This document shows, piece by piece, positions 40,695 through 51,217 of a stretch of 64,000 nt of DNA. The stretch comes from Alphaproteobacteria bacterium (lineage in GTDB: Bacteria; Pseudomonadota; Alphaproteobacteria; GCA-2731375). The position numbers were made by a program, and so were the translations under genes. Position 1 is the first letter of the stretch; every line of letters starts with the position of its first letter. The stretch is taken from positions 5,216,001 to 5,280,000 of the forward strand of contig CBDDPY010000002.1 of NCBI GenBank assembly GCA_965232515.1. The letters run 5' to 3'. The notes below the pieces were generated by a model, which made no database searches, was not told where the DNA came from, and saw only the letters and a program-made list of their open reading frames with translations.

Positions 40695-41525
40695 ATGGCC
40701 CGCGCTGTCACGACCCGTCGGAAGACCGTCTACACGTTCGCCGCTTGGGGCATCGGCCTGCTGATCTTCTTCCCCATCCTCTGGACGATCCTGACCGGCT
40801 TCAAGACCGAAGCGCAGGCGATCGCCGGCCCGCCGGTTTTCCTGTTCTTCGACTGGACGCTGGAGAACTACACCGTGGTCCAGGAGCGGTCCGACTACAT
40901 GCGGTTCCTCTGGAACTCGGTGATCATCGCCGGCGGGTCGACGGTTCTGGGCATCATCGTCGCGGTTCCCGCGGCCTGGTCCATGGCCTTCGTTCCTTCG
41001 AGGCGCACCAAGGATGTCCTGCTCTGGATGCTGTCGACCAAGATGCTGCCCGCCGTCGGGGTGCTCTATCCGATCTATCTTCTGTTCATCCAGCTCGGCC
41101 TGCTCGACACGCGGACCGGCCTGGTGATCGTGATGATGCTGATCAACCTGCCGATCATCGTCTGGATGCTCTACACCTATTTCCGGGAGATTCCGGGCGA
41201 GATCCTCGAAGCCGCGCGGATGGATGGCGCCTCGCTCAGAAGCGAGATCCTCTACGTGCTGACGCCGATGGCGGTGCCCGGCATCGCCTCGACCGTCCTA
41301 CTGAATTTCATTCTGGCCTGGAACGAAGCGTTCTGGACGCTCAACCTGACGGCGGCCAAGGCCGGACCGCTGACCGCGTTCATCGCCAGCTACTCCAGCC
41401 CCGAAGGCCTGTTTTACGCGAAGCTCAGCGCCGCCTCGACCATGGCCATCGCGCCGATCCTGATCCTGGGCTGGTTCAGTCAGAAACAACTCGTCCGCGG
41501 CCTGACCTTCGGCGCGGTGAAGTGA
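40695..41525 (+). CDS. smoG: Sorbitol/mannitol ABC permease
   Basis: [33 protein letters not shown]. Confidence 0.88.
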   Translation: MARAVTTRRKTVYTFAAWGIGLLIFFPILWTILTGFKTEAQAIAGPPVFLFFDWTLENYTVVQERSDYMRFLWNSVIIAGGSTVLGIIVAVPAAWSMAFVPSRRTKDVLLWMLSTKMLPAVGVLYPIYLLFIQLGLLDTRTGLVIVMMLINLPIIVWMLYTYFREIPGEILEAARMDGASLRSEILYVLTPMAVPGIASTVLLNFILAWNEAFWTLNLTAAKAGPLTAFIASYSSPEGLFYAKLSAASTMAIAPILILGWFSQKQLVRGLTFGAVK

Positions 41526-41535
41526 GGGGGATGAC

Positions 41536-42536
<1,001 letters not shown>

Positions 42537-42540
<4 letters not shown>

Positions 42541-43310
42541 ACAGGCTCGCGGGTAAGGCCGCACTGATAACGGGAGCCGCGCGCGGCATCGGTCTCGCCT
42601 TTGCCGAAGCCTATGTCCGCGAAGGCGCGCGGGTCGCCGTCGCGGATATCGATGTCGGGCGCGCCCGACAATCGGCAAGCGACATCGGCGACGGGGCGAT
42701 CGCGGTTGAGATCGACGTAACGCGACAGGACAGCATCGACCGCGCCGTGGCCGAAACGGTGGACGTTTTCGGCCGCATCGACATCCTGGTCAACAACGCC
42801 GCGGTCTTCACCGCCGCGCCTATTGTCGACATCACGCGTGAGGACTACGAGCGAATCTTCGACATCAACGTCGCTGGCACATTGTTCACGATGCAGGCCG
42901 TCGCCCGACACATGATCGCGCGCGGCGGCGGCGGAAAAATCATCAACATGGCCAGCCAGGCGGGGCGACGCGGCGAGGCGCTGGTCGCGGTCTATTGCGC
43001 GAGCAAGGCCGCCGTCATCAGTCTGACCCAGTCCGCGGGGCTGAACCTGATCAAACATGGCATCAACGTGAACGCCATCGCGCCTGGCGTGGTGGATGGC
43101 GAGCACTGGGATGGCGTCGACGCCTATTTCGCCAGATACGAGAACAAGGCGCCGGGACAGAAGAAAAAGGAAGTCGGCGACGCCGTGCCCTACGGCCGCA
43201 TGGGCAAAGCGGCCGACCTCACGGGCATGGCGATCTTTCTGGCCAGCGACGAGGCCGACTACATCGTCGCGCAGTGCTACAACGTGGATGGCGGCCAGTG
43301 GATGAGCTGA
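42537..43310 (+). CDS. smoS: Sorbitol (L-iditol) 2-dehydrogenase, SDR
   Basis: [47 protein letters not shown]. Confidence 0.92.
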
Positions 43311-44776
43311 CGCGCCTGTCGAACGCCACGCTGGGCCGGGTCCCCGACGGCATCGCGCGGCCGAATTACGACCGCGCCCTGCTCACGCCCGGCATCGTCC
43401 ATATCGGCGTCGGCAACTTTCACCGGGCGCATCAGGCCTGGTACCTGCACCGCCTGATGCAGGCCGGGCAGGCGTTCGACTGGGCCATTGTCGGCGCCGG
43501 CGTGCGCGGCCAGGACGCGCGCATGCGCGAAAAGCTGCTGGCGCAGGACTGCCTTACGAACCTCATCGAACTCGAGCCCACCGGCAAATCCGCCGAGATC
43601 GTGGGGTCGATGATCGACTATCTGCCCATCGAGGACGGAAATGCACCCCTCATCGCGCGGATGGCGGATCCGGCGATCCGGATCGTCGCGCTGACCGTGA
43701 CGGAAGGCGGCTACTACCTCAATCCCGCGACCAACTGTTTCGATGCGGATCACCCGGATATGCGCCACGACGCCGCAATCCCCGACACGCCGCGAACCGC
43801 GTTCGGCGCCATGGTTGCCGCGCTGAAGCTTCGGCGCGATCGGGGTGTCGGGCCGTTTACGGGACAGAGCTGCGACAATCTGTTGGGGAACGGCCGCGTC
43901 CTGCGCCAGACCGTCGTTTCGCTGGCGGGTCTGTCGGACCCGGATCTGGCCGACTGGATCGACGCAAACTGCAGCTTCCCCAACGCCATGGTCGATTGCA
44001 TCGTGCCAGCGACGGGCTCGCAAGAGATCGCGCTCACCCGCGCGTTCGGCGTCGACGACCGCGCGCCCGTGACCCATGAGAGATTCCGCCAGTGGGTCAT
44101 CGAGGATGACTTCTGCGCGGGCCGCCCGGATTGGGACCGCGTTGGCGCGACGTTTACCGACGATGTGCGCGCCTACGAAATGATGAAGCTCCGCATCCTC
44201 AACGCCGGACATCAGATCCTCGCCAATCCGGGCGAGATCCTCTCGATCGACACGATTGCGGGCTGCATGGCCCATCCATTGATCGCCGCATTCTTTCGAA
44301 AGGTTCTGACCGAAGAGATCGTGCCGCATGTCGAGGCAGTGCCCGGAATGACTCCACGGCAGTATGTCAACCTCATCGACCGCCGTTTCAGCAACGACGC
44401 CATCGTGGACACAACCCGGCGGGTCGCCTTCGACGGCGCGTCACGCCATGCCGGCTTTGTCCTTCCGATCGTTCGCGACGGATTGGCGTCGGATACGCCG
44501 ATAGCCGGGCTTGCGCTGGTCGAGGCCATGTGGGCGCGGATGTGCGAGGGCACGCGCGAAGACGGCGGCGCAATCGCGCCCAACGATCCGCTCTGGGACG
44601 ATCTGATCGCGGCGGCGAAAGCGGCGCGGGATCGCCCGCGCGCCTGGCTCGAGCAACGGCCGTTCTATGGCGATCTGATCGACGCGCCGCGCTTCGCCGA
44701 CGCATTCGGGCACTGGCTCGGCGTGATCTGGTCGCAGGGATGCGAAACCGCCCTGCGGGAATACATCGGCGAATAA
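43298..44776 (+). CDS. mtlK: Mannitol 2-dehydrogenase
   Basis: IVHIGVGNFHRAHQA, LTVTEGGY, SCDNL, FPNAMVDCIVP, FRQWVIED, MKLRILNAGH; start GTG 43298 or CTG 43307. Confidence 0.9.
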   Translation: MDELTRLSNATLGRVPDGIARPNYDRALLTPGIVHIGVGNFHRAHQAWYLHRLMQAGQAFDWAIVGAGVRGQDARMREKLLAQDCLTNLIELEPTGKSAEIVGSMIDYLPIEDGNAPLIARMADPAIRIVALTVTEGGYYLNPATNCFDADHPDMRHDAAIPDTPRTAFGAMVAALKLRRDRGVGPFTGQSCDNLLGNGRVLRQTVVSLAGLSDPDLADWIDANCSFPNAMVDCIVPATGSQEIALTRAFGVDDRAPVTHERFRQWVIEDDFCAGRPDWDRVGATFTDDVRAYEMMKLRILNAGHQILANPGEILSIDTIAGCMAHPLIAAFFRKVLTEEIVPHVEAVPGMTPRQYVNLIDRRFSNDAIVDTTRRVAFDGASRHAGFVLPIVRDGLASDTPIAGLALVEAMWARMCEGTREDGGAIAPNDPLWDDLIAAAKAARDRPRAWLEQRPFYGDLIDAPRFADAFGHWLGVIWSQGCETALREYIGE

Positions 44777-44779
44777 GCC

Positions 44780-45685
44780 TCAATCCGGGAAGTGGCGCTT
44801 GGCGTCTGCCTTGATGTGGTCGATCAGGACGCGCAGGCGTGGCGGCATCCGGCGGCGGTGCACGTAGGTGGCGGAGATCGTGCCCGGCCGGTGGTGCCAG
44901 TCCGGCAGGATGCGCACGAGGTCGCCATACTTTAATTCGTTCCGCACCGCGTAGTTCGGCAGCAGGCCGGCCGCCGCGCCCTCCAGCACGAACTGCTTCG
45001 CCGTCAGGCCGGAATTGGTCCGGAAGGTCGAGTTCAGCCGCACGGTCAGGTGCTCGCTGTCGCCGCGGTCGAGCGTCAGCCGGTCGAAATCCGGAAAGAT
45101 CGTCAGCGCCACCCAGGGCCGGTGCGCCAGATCGTAGGGCGAGCGCACGGCGCCGACGCGTGCGAGATAAGCGGGCGACGCGCAGGGGATCATGGCGAAG
45201 TCGCAGATTTTCACCGCGTGCAGCTCGGTGTTCTTCAGCCAGCCGACGCGGAAGGCCAGATCGTAGCCGCCCTCGATCAGGTCCGTGATCGCGTCCTGCA
45301 CGTCGAGCTCGACCGAGATCTTCGGATGCGCGGTATGAAACCGCGCGATGCTGCCGGTCAGATAATGCACCGCCAGATTTTGCGAGGCGGTGATGCGGAT
45401 CAGGCCAGACGGGCTCTCCTGCTGCGTTTCCAGCCGGTTCACCGCCGTCGACACCGTGTCCAGCATGGCGCTGCCGGCCTGGCACAGCTCGTCGCCCTCC
45501 TGCGTCACCGAGATCGACCGCGTCGACCGGTTCAGCAGCCGTACCTGAAGCTGCCGTTCCAGGTCCGAGACATGCTGGCTGACCACCGATTTGCTCAGGC
45601 CCAACGCCTCGGCGGCGCCGGTGAACGAGCCGGCCTCGACCACGCGCTGGAAGATGCCGATGCGGTAGAGAATCTTCAGGTCCAT
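44780..45685 (-). CDS. LysR family regulator (DmlR/CrgA-like), divergent from the monooxygenase operon
   Basis: MDLKILYRIGIFQRVVEAGSFTGAAEALGLSKSVVSQHVSDLE...LLNRSTR, CASPAYL. Confidence 0.92.
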   Translation of the reverse strand: MDLKILYRIGIFQRVVEAGSFTGAAEALGLSKSVVSQHVSDLERQLQVRLLNRSTRSISVTQEGDELCQAGSAMLDTVSTAVNRLETQQESPSGLIRITASQNLAVHYLTGSIARFHTAHPKISVELDVQDAITDLIEGGYDLAFRVGWLKNTELHAVKICDFAMIPCASPAYLARVGAVRSPYDLAHRPWVALTIFPDFDRLTLDRGDSEHLTVRLNSTFRTNSGLTAKQFVLEGAAAGLLPNYAVRNELKYGDLVRILPDWHHRPGTISATYVHRRRMPPRLRVLIDHIKADAKRHFPD

Positions 45686-45706
45686 TGTTCGATTATACCG
45701 AACAAT
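45684..45706. promoter_or_regulatory. LysR recognition site overlapping the lysR start codon
   Basis: Perfect inverted repeat ATTGTTCG-ATTATAC-CGAACAAT containing T-N11-A. Confidence 0.7.
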
Positions 45707-45796
45707 CCGTTTCGGCAATGGCCATAGCCGGGCCACGCGCCGCTCCCCTATCGTCTTGGGCAACGATGTTTATCGATTTCTGACGGAGTTCAGTCG

Positions 45797-47026
45797 ATGC
45801 CGGGACCGCTTGATGGCGTACGCATCATCGATCTGACGACCATGTTGTCGGGCCCCTGGGCCACCATGATCCTGGCCGACCAGGGCGCCGATGTGATCAA
45901 GGTCGAGGTGCCAGGCGCCGGCGACCACGTGCGCTCGCTCGGCAATCAGAGCGCCGGCATGTCGGCCATGTTCCTCAACATCAACCGCAACAAGCGCTCG
46001 GTGACGCTGGACCTGAAATCGGACGCCGGCAAGGACCTGCTGCGGCGGCTGGCGAAGACGGCCGACGTGTTCGTGCAGAATTTCCGCCCCGGCGTCGTCG
46101 ACCGACTCGGCATCGGCTACGACGACATCGCAGCCGTCAATCCGTCAATTCTGTATGTCTCGATCTCCGGCTTCGGCGAGGCCGGGCCCTATGCCGGCAA
46201 GCCGGTCTACGACCCCGTGATCCAGGCGGTCTCCGGCCTGACCACCGTGCAGGCCGGCTCGGACGCGGAACGGCCGCGGCTGGTGCGCACGGTCCTGCCG
46301 GACAAGGTCTCGGCCATCACCGCCGCGCAGACCATCGCCTCGGGCCTGTTCGCGCGCGAGCGCACGGGCCAGGGCCAGCACGTCAAGCTGTCCATGCTCG
46401 ACGCCGTGCTCGCCTTCCTGTGGGCGAGCGACTTCGGCGCGCAGACCTATCCCGAGCGCCCGACCACCAACCAGGCGGCCGCCAGCTTCATCGACCTGAT
46501 CTACGAAACCAGCGACGGTTTCATGACCGTCGCGGTGATGAGCAACAAGGAGTGGGTGGCGCTGACCCGGGCGCTCGGCAGGCCGGAATGGCTGGAGGAC
46601 GAACGGTTCGCGACGCCGTCGGCCCGCGACCGCCATGTCGACGAGCGGCTGCAGATGACGCAAGAGGTGCTGAAGACACGCACGACGGCAGAGTGGCTCG
46701 AACGTCTCGAGGCCGAGGGCGTGCCCTGCGCGCCGGCGCTGACTCGCAACGAGGTGATCGATTTTCCGCAGGTCGTCGCTGGCGACTCCATCGTCGAGTA
46801 TCGGCATCATGCCGCCGGTCTGCTGCGCCAGGCGCGGCCGCCGGCGCGCTACCAGCAGACACCGGCCGAGATCCGCGTCGGCGCGCCGCTGCTGGGCGAG
46901 CACAATGAAGAGATCCTGTCCGAGATCGGTCTGTCGGAAGCCGAGATCGGGCAATTCAGGGCCAGCGGCGCGATCGGCGCCGAGCAGCAGGCCCGCGCCG
47001 CCGACATGTCCGCGGCGGACGACTAA
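45797..47026 (+). CDS. isoG: Family III CoA-transferase (CaiB/BaiF), IsoG-like
   Basis: PLDGVRIIDL...GPWATMILADQGADVIKVE, NRNKRS, QNFRPG, YDPVIQA, APLLGEH; first gene of the G-H-I-A-B-C-D-E-F operon. Confidence 0.8.
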   Translation: MPGPLDGVRIIDLTTMLSGPWATMILADQGADVIKVEVPGAGDHVRSLGNQSAGMSAMFLNINRNKRSVTLDLKSDAGKDLLRRLAKTADVFVQNFRPGVVDRLGIGYDDIAAVNPSILYVSISGFGEAGPYAGKPVYDPVIQAVSGLTTVQAGSDAERPRLVRTVLPDKVSAITAAQTIASGLFARERTGQGQHVKLSMLDAVLAFLWASDFGAQTYPERPTTNQAAASFIDLIYETSDGFMTVAVMSNKEWVALTRALGRPEWLEDERFATPSARDRHVDERLQMTQEVLKTRTTAEWLERLEAEGVPCAPALTRNEVIDFPQVVAGDSIVEYRHHAAGLLRQARPPARYQQTPAEIRVGAPLLGEHNEEILSEIGLSEAEIGQFRASGAIGAEQQARAADMSAADD

Positions 47027-47055
47027 GGCAAGCGCTCGGGGGGAGAGACGGACGC

Positions 47056-47736
47056 ATGGCAACCTATCTGATCGTCGGCAGCGACCGCGGCATCGGCCTG
47101 GCCATCTGCGAGCAGTTGCACGCGCGCGGCGACGAAGTTATCGCCGCCTGTCTCGGCAACGGCGACGACCTGACCCGCCAGGGCATCCGGGTGATCCGGC
47201 AGATCGACGTGACGTCGGACGAGGCCGCCCAGCGGCTCGGAGAGACTCTGCGCGGCGACGACATAAGCCTCGACGTCGTCATTCACGTCGCAGGCGTGCT
47301 GGGGCTGGACGAGCTCGGCAACATCGATTTCGACGACGTCCGGCGGCAGATCGAGATCAACACCATCGGTCCGTTGCGCATCGCGCAGGCCGTCCTCGAC
47401 CAGCTCGGCGAGGGCGCGAAGCTCGGCATCGTCACCAGCCGCGTCGGCTCGCTCGCCGACAACGGCAGCGGCGGCATGTACGCCTACCGGGTCTCGAAAT
47501 GCGCTGCCAACATGGTCGGCCTCAACCTGCACCATGACCTGGCGAAGCGCGGCATCTCAGTGCTGCTGCTGCATCCCGGCATGGTCGCGACCGATCTGAC
47601 CAAGGATCTGCCGGGGGACTTTGACTACATCCAGCCAACCGAAGCCGCGGCCGGCCTGATCCGCAACATGGACGAGCTGACGCCGGAGACGGCGGGCCGG
47701 TTCCGGCACGCGAACGGGGACTATCTGCCGTGGTGA
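47056..47736 (+). CDS. isoH: Short-chain dehydrogenase, IsoH-like (glutathionyl-alcohol dehydrogenase)
   Basis: GSDRGIG, TSRVGS, YRVSK, HPGMVATD; 226 aa; between the CoA-transferase and GST genes as in iso clusters. Confidence 0.78.
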   Translation: MATYLIVGSDRGIGLAICEQLHARGDEVIAACLGNGDDLTRQGIRVIRQIDVTSDEAAQRLGETLRGDDISLDVVIHVAGVLGLDELGNIDFDDVRRQIEINTIGPLRIAQAVLDQLGEGAKLGIVTSRVGSLADNGSGGMYAYRVSKCAANMVGLNLHHDLAKRGISVLLLHPGMVATDLTKDLPGDFDYIQPTEAAAGLIRNMDELTPETAGRFRHANGDYLPW

Positions 47737-47832
47737 GGTGCGGAACGTAAAGCCGTTTGATCCGCCAAGAAAACGCCCGGCCGGCAACGCATTCGGTTAT
47801 CGGGGTCGAAAAACGAAGGGGAGGACGATCAC

Positions 47833-48585
47833 ATGATGAAGGTCTATCAATACGTGCCAGGCTGGACCGTCGCCTGCATCAGTCCCTATGTCTCCAAGCT
47901 CGCGAACTATCTGCGCATGGTCGGACATCCGTTCGAGCTGGTACAGCAGGACCTGTCGCGCCTGCAGGAAGACGCGCCGCGCGGCAAGCTGCCGTTCATC
48001 ATCGACGATGACGGCACCAAGGTGGCGGATTCCAACGAGATCATCGCCTATCACAAGGCGAAATACGGCGACAAACTCGACGCCGACCTGACGCGGGAAG
48101 AAAAGGCCGTGGCCACGGCCTGGATGCGGCTGATCGACGAGCACCTCTACTGGTCCGGCGTCATTCAGCCGCGCTGGCGCATGGACGACGGCTGGGAAAC
48201 CTATGTGCCGATCATCTGCGGCGGCGCCACCGAGATTCCGGCCGAGGTCCGCGAAGGCCTCGACGCCTTCCGCGTCCATATCCGCGACGAGTTCGTGCAT
48301 CAGGGCATGGGCCTCAAGACCGACGAGGAAGTCCTCGAGACCTTCAAGGTCGATGTCGACGCCATGGAAGACTTCCTGCACCACAAGAGCTTCTTCATGG
48401 GTCCGAACCCGACCTCGATCGACGCGGCCGTGTTTTCGATCCTGACGCATATGATCGAAAGCCCGTTTGCCTGGCCGGGGCGCGATTACATCCGCGGCAA
48501 GCAGTCGTTCGTCGACTACATGGCGCGCATGCGAGAACGCTTCGATCTTGATTTCGGCATTGCGCCGGGGGCCGAAGCCGCCTGA
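47833..48585 (+). CDS. isoI: Epoxide-conjugating glutathione S-transferase, IsoI-like
   Basis: MMKVYQYVPGWTVACISPYVSK resembles the recalled IsoI N-terminus; PRGKLPFI, VADSNEII, DEHLYW, PTSIDAAVF. Confidence 0.78.
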   Translation: MMKVYQYVPGWTVACISPYVSKLANYLRMVGHPFELVQQDLSRLQEDAPRGKLPFIIDDDGTKVADSNEIIAYHKAKYGDKLDADLTREEKAVATAWMRLIDEHLYWSGVIQPRWRMDDGWETYVPIICGGATEIPAEVREGLDAFRVHIRDEFVHQGMGLKTDEEVLETFKVDVDAMEDFLHHKSFFMGPNPTSIDAAVFSILTHMIESPFAWPGRDYIRGKQSFVDYMARMRERFDLDFGIAPGAEAA

Positions 48586-48710
48586 CGGCGGGCCATCGGC
48601 CATGCGCGGGCCGCAGCCCGCATCTCCACTTTTTGCCGCCGCACCGCACGTGCCGGCCGGCCCGCGCGCGGCCGGCCGCAGCGGGCGAGGTCATCTCGAA
48701 AGGACCTGAT

Positions 48711-50207
48711 ATGGCATTGCTTAATCGCGACGACTGGTACGACATCGCCCGCGACGTCGACTGGACCTTCAGCTACGTCGACCGGGACGAGGCCTTCCCC
48801 GAGGAATGGGTCGGCGCCAAGGGCATTCCGCTCGAAGCCTGGGAGGATTGGGAGGAGCCGTTCCGGGTCTCCTACCGCGACTACGTCAAGGTCCAGCGCG
48901 AGAAGGAAACCGGCGTCGGCGCTATTCGCGACGCCATGATGCGGGCCAATCTCTACGCCCATCTCGATGCCGGCCACCAGGCTTCGTCGCATCTGCACAT
49001 GGGCACGACCTGCATGGTCGAGCAGATGGCCGTCACCATGCAGAGCCGCTTCTGCCGTTTCGCCCCGTCGCCGAAATGGCGCAGCCTCGGCGTGTTCGGC
49101 ATGCTCGACGAGATCCGCCACGCCCAGCTCGACATGCGTTTCTCGCACGACCTGTTGAAGGACGAGCCGCGGTTCGACTGGTGTCAAAAGGCGTTCCACA
49201 CCAACGAGTGGGGCGTGATCGCGGTCCGGAACTTCTTCGACGACGTCATGCTGAACGCCGACTGCATCGAGGCGGCGCTCGCCACCAGTCTCACCGTCGA
49301 GCACGGCTTCACCAACATTCAGTTCGTGGCGCTGGCGTCGGACGCCATGGACGCCGGCGACATCAACTTCTCGAACCTGCTGTCCAGCATCCAGACCGAC
49401 GAGGCGCGTCACGCCCAGGTCGGCTTCCCGACGCTCGACGTGATCATCAAGCACGATCCCGCCCGCGCGCAGCGGATCATCGACATCGCCTTCTGGCGCT
49501 CGGTCCGGCTGTTCCAGACGCTGACCGGCACGGCCATGGACTATTACACGCCGGTCGAGAAGCGGAAGATGTCGTTCAAGGAGTTCATGCTCGAGTGGAT
49601 CGTCAAGCACCACGAACGCATCCTGCGCGACTACGGCCTGAAGCTGCCGTGGTACTGGGACAAGTTCCTGCTGGCCCTCGACCACGGCCACCATGCGCTG
49701 CAGATCGGCACCTGGTTCTGGCGCCCGACGCTGTTCTGGAAGCCGAACGGCGGTATCTCCAAGGCCGAGCGCCGCTGGCTGAATGAGAAGTACCCGTCCT
49801 GGGAAGACAGCTGGGGCGTGCTCTGGGACGAGATCATCAAGAACATCCGCGCCGGCCGAATGGAAAAGACCCTGCCGGAGACGCTGCCGGCACTCTGCAA
49901 CCTGACGCAGTTGCCGCTCGGTTCGGCTATCGACCGGCATCACCTGGCCAAACACCAGGTCGAGTACCAGGGCCGCGTCTATCACTTCGATTCCGACGTC
50001 TCGCGCTGGATCTTCGAACTCGAGCCTGATCGCTATGCCGGCCACATGAACGTCGTCGACCGCTTTATCGCCGGTCAGATCCAGCCGATGAACCTGGAAG
50101 GCGGCCTCAACTGGATGGGCCTGACGCCCGATGTGATGGGCGATGACGCCCACGACTATCGCTGGGCTCTGGACGAGGCCGAGCAGCCGTTGCAGGCGGC
50201 CGAATGA
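48711..50207 (+). CDS. isoA: Soluble di-iron monooxygenase hydroxylase alpha subunit (alkene/isoprene monooxygenase, XamoA/IsoA-like)
   Basis: MALLNRDDWYDIARDVDW N-terminus; di-iron ligands VEQMA, DEIRH, EHGFTN, DEARH; C-terminal YHS-like region; 498 aa. Confidence 0.93.
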   Translation: MALLNRDDWYDIARDVDWTFSYVDRDEAFPEEWVGAKGIPLEAWEDWEEPFRVSYRDYVKVQREKETGVGAIRDAMMRANLYAHLDAGHQASSHLHMGTTCMVEQMAVTMQSRFCRFAPSPKWRSLGVFGMLDEIRHAQLDMRFSHDLLKDEPRFDWCQKAFHTNEWGVIAVRNFFDDVMLNADCIEAALATSLTVEHGFTNIQFVALASDAMDAGDINFSNLLSSIQTDEARHAQVGFPTLDVIIKHDPARAQRIIDIAFWRSVRLFQTLTGTAMDYYTPVEKRKMSFKEFMLEWIVKHHERILRDYGLKLPWYWDKFLLALDHGHHALQIGTWFWRPTLFWKPNGGISKAERRWLNEKYPSWEDSWGVLWDEIIKNIRAGRMEKTLPETLPALCNLTQLPLGSAIDRHHLAKHQVEYQGRVYHFDSDVSRWIFELEPDRYAGHMNVVDRFIAGQIQPMNLEGGLNWMGLTPDVMGDDAHDYRWALDEAEQPLQAAE

Positions 50208-50226
50208 ACCGGACAGGGAGGATGTA

Positions 50227-50493
50227 ATGGCCTTGTTTCCCATTATCGGCCGCTTCGACGGCGACTTCGTGCCGCACCTGGTGGCGGTCGACACCGAGGA
50301 CTCGATGGATCAGATCGCCGAGAAGGTGGCGGTCCATAGCGTCGGCCGCCGCATGCCGGTCAACCCTGACGCCAGCGGCTACGAAGTGCTGCTGGACGAC
50401 CGGGTGCTGGACGGCGGCCAGACGCTCGAGGCGCTGATGGGCGAGACGCCTGTGCCGCCGCTGCAATGGTTCGACGTCAGGTGGAAGACGTGA
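50227..50493 (+). CDS. isoB: Monooxygenase gamma subunit (XamoB/IsoB/TmoB family)
   Basis: MALFPIIGRFDGDFVPHLVAVDTEDSMDQIAEKVAVHSVGRR; 88 aa. Confidence 0.9.
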   Translation: MALFPIIGRFDGDFVPHLVAVDTEDSMDQIAEKVAVHSVGRRMPVNPDASGYEVLLDDRVLDGGQTLEALMGETPVPPLQWFDVRWKT

Positions 50494-50843
50494 CGGACGC
50501 CGCTACGGTCGTTCCAATCAGCGACGTCACATACGTCGAGATCTGCGCCGAGGACGAGCTGTGGGATGGCGAGATGGACGCCTTCGATGTCGGCGAGCAC
50601 GAGGTGCTGCTGATCCGTCTCGACGGCCGCTATCACGCCTACGACGGCATCTGCCCGCATCAGAGCGTGTCGCTGGTCGACGGTGAGCTGACCGAAGCCG
50701 GCGTGCTGATCTGCAGCGCCCACCAATGGCAGTTCGACGCCGCCTCCGGCAACGGGGTCAATCCGGCGACGGCCTGCCTGAAGCGCTTTCCCGTGAAAGT
50801 CGAGGACGGCCGCGTGTTCGTCGGCGATCAGCCGTTGGGCTGA
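50490..50843 (+). CDS. isoC: Rieske [2Fe-2S] ferredoxin (XamoC/IsoC/TmoC)
   Basis: CPHQ...CSAHQWQFD Rieske ligands; GTGA coupling to isoB. Confidence 0.92.
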   Translation: MTDAATVVPISDVTYVEICAEDELWDGEMDAFDVGEHEVLLIRLDGRYHAYDGICPHQSVSLVDGELTEAGVLICSAHQWQFDAASGNGVNPATACLKRFPVKVEDGRVFVGDQPLG

Positions 50844-50872
50844 CGCCGCGGACCGCGAAAAGGGAGAACGAC

Positions 50873-51184
50873 ATGAACGAAACAGCCGATGCCGCTGAGG
50901 GTATGAACGAAGACTTGGTCGGCCCGGTGATCCGCGCCGGCGATCTGGCCGAGGCCGTGATCGACGCCGTGGCCGAGGACAACCCGCACAGCGAGGTGAC
51001 CGTCGTGGACCGCGGCGACTACGTGCGCATCCACACCGAGCGCGAATGCCGGCTGACAAAATCGTCGCTGGAAAAGCATCTCGGCCGGGACTTCGATCTC
51101 GCGCTCCTGGAAGCGGAGATGCCGTCCTTCAAGGGCCGCATGCGCTCCAAATGGGACGAGATGGTCTGGTTCTACAGCAACTGA
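50873..51184 (+). CDS. isoD: Monooxygenase coupling/effector protein (XamoD/IsoD/TmoD)
   Basis: VGPVIRAGDLAEAVIDAVAEDNP...VDRGDYVRI...LEAEMPSFKGR. Confidence 0.92.
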   Translation: MNETADAAEGMNEDLVGPVIRAGDLAEAVIDAVAEDNPHSEVTVVDRGDYVRIHTERECRLTKSSLEKHLGRDFDLALLEAEMPSFKGRMRSKWDEMVWFYSN

Positions 51185-51217
51185 CGCGGCCGTTGACCGG
51201 CCCGAGGAGAGGAAGAC

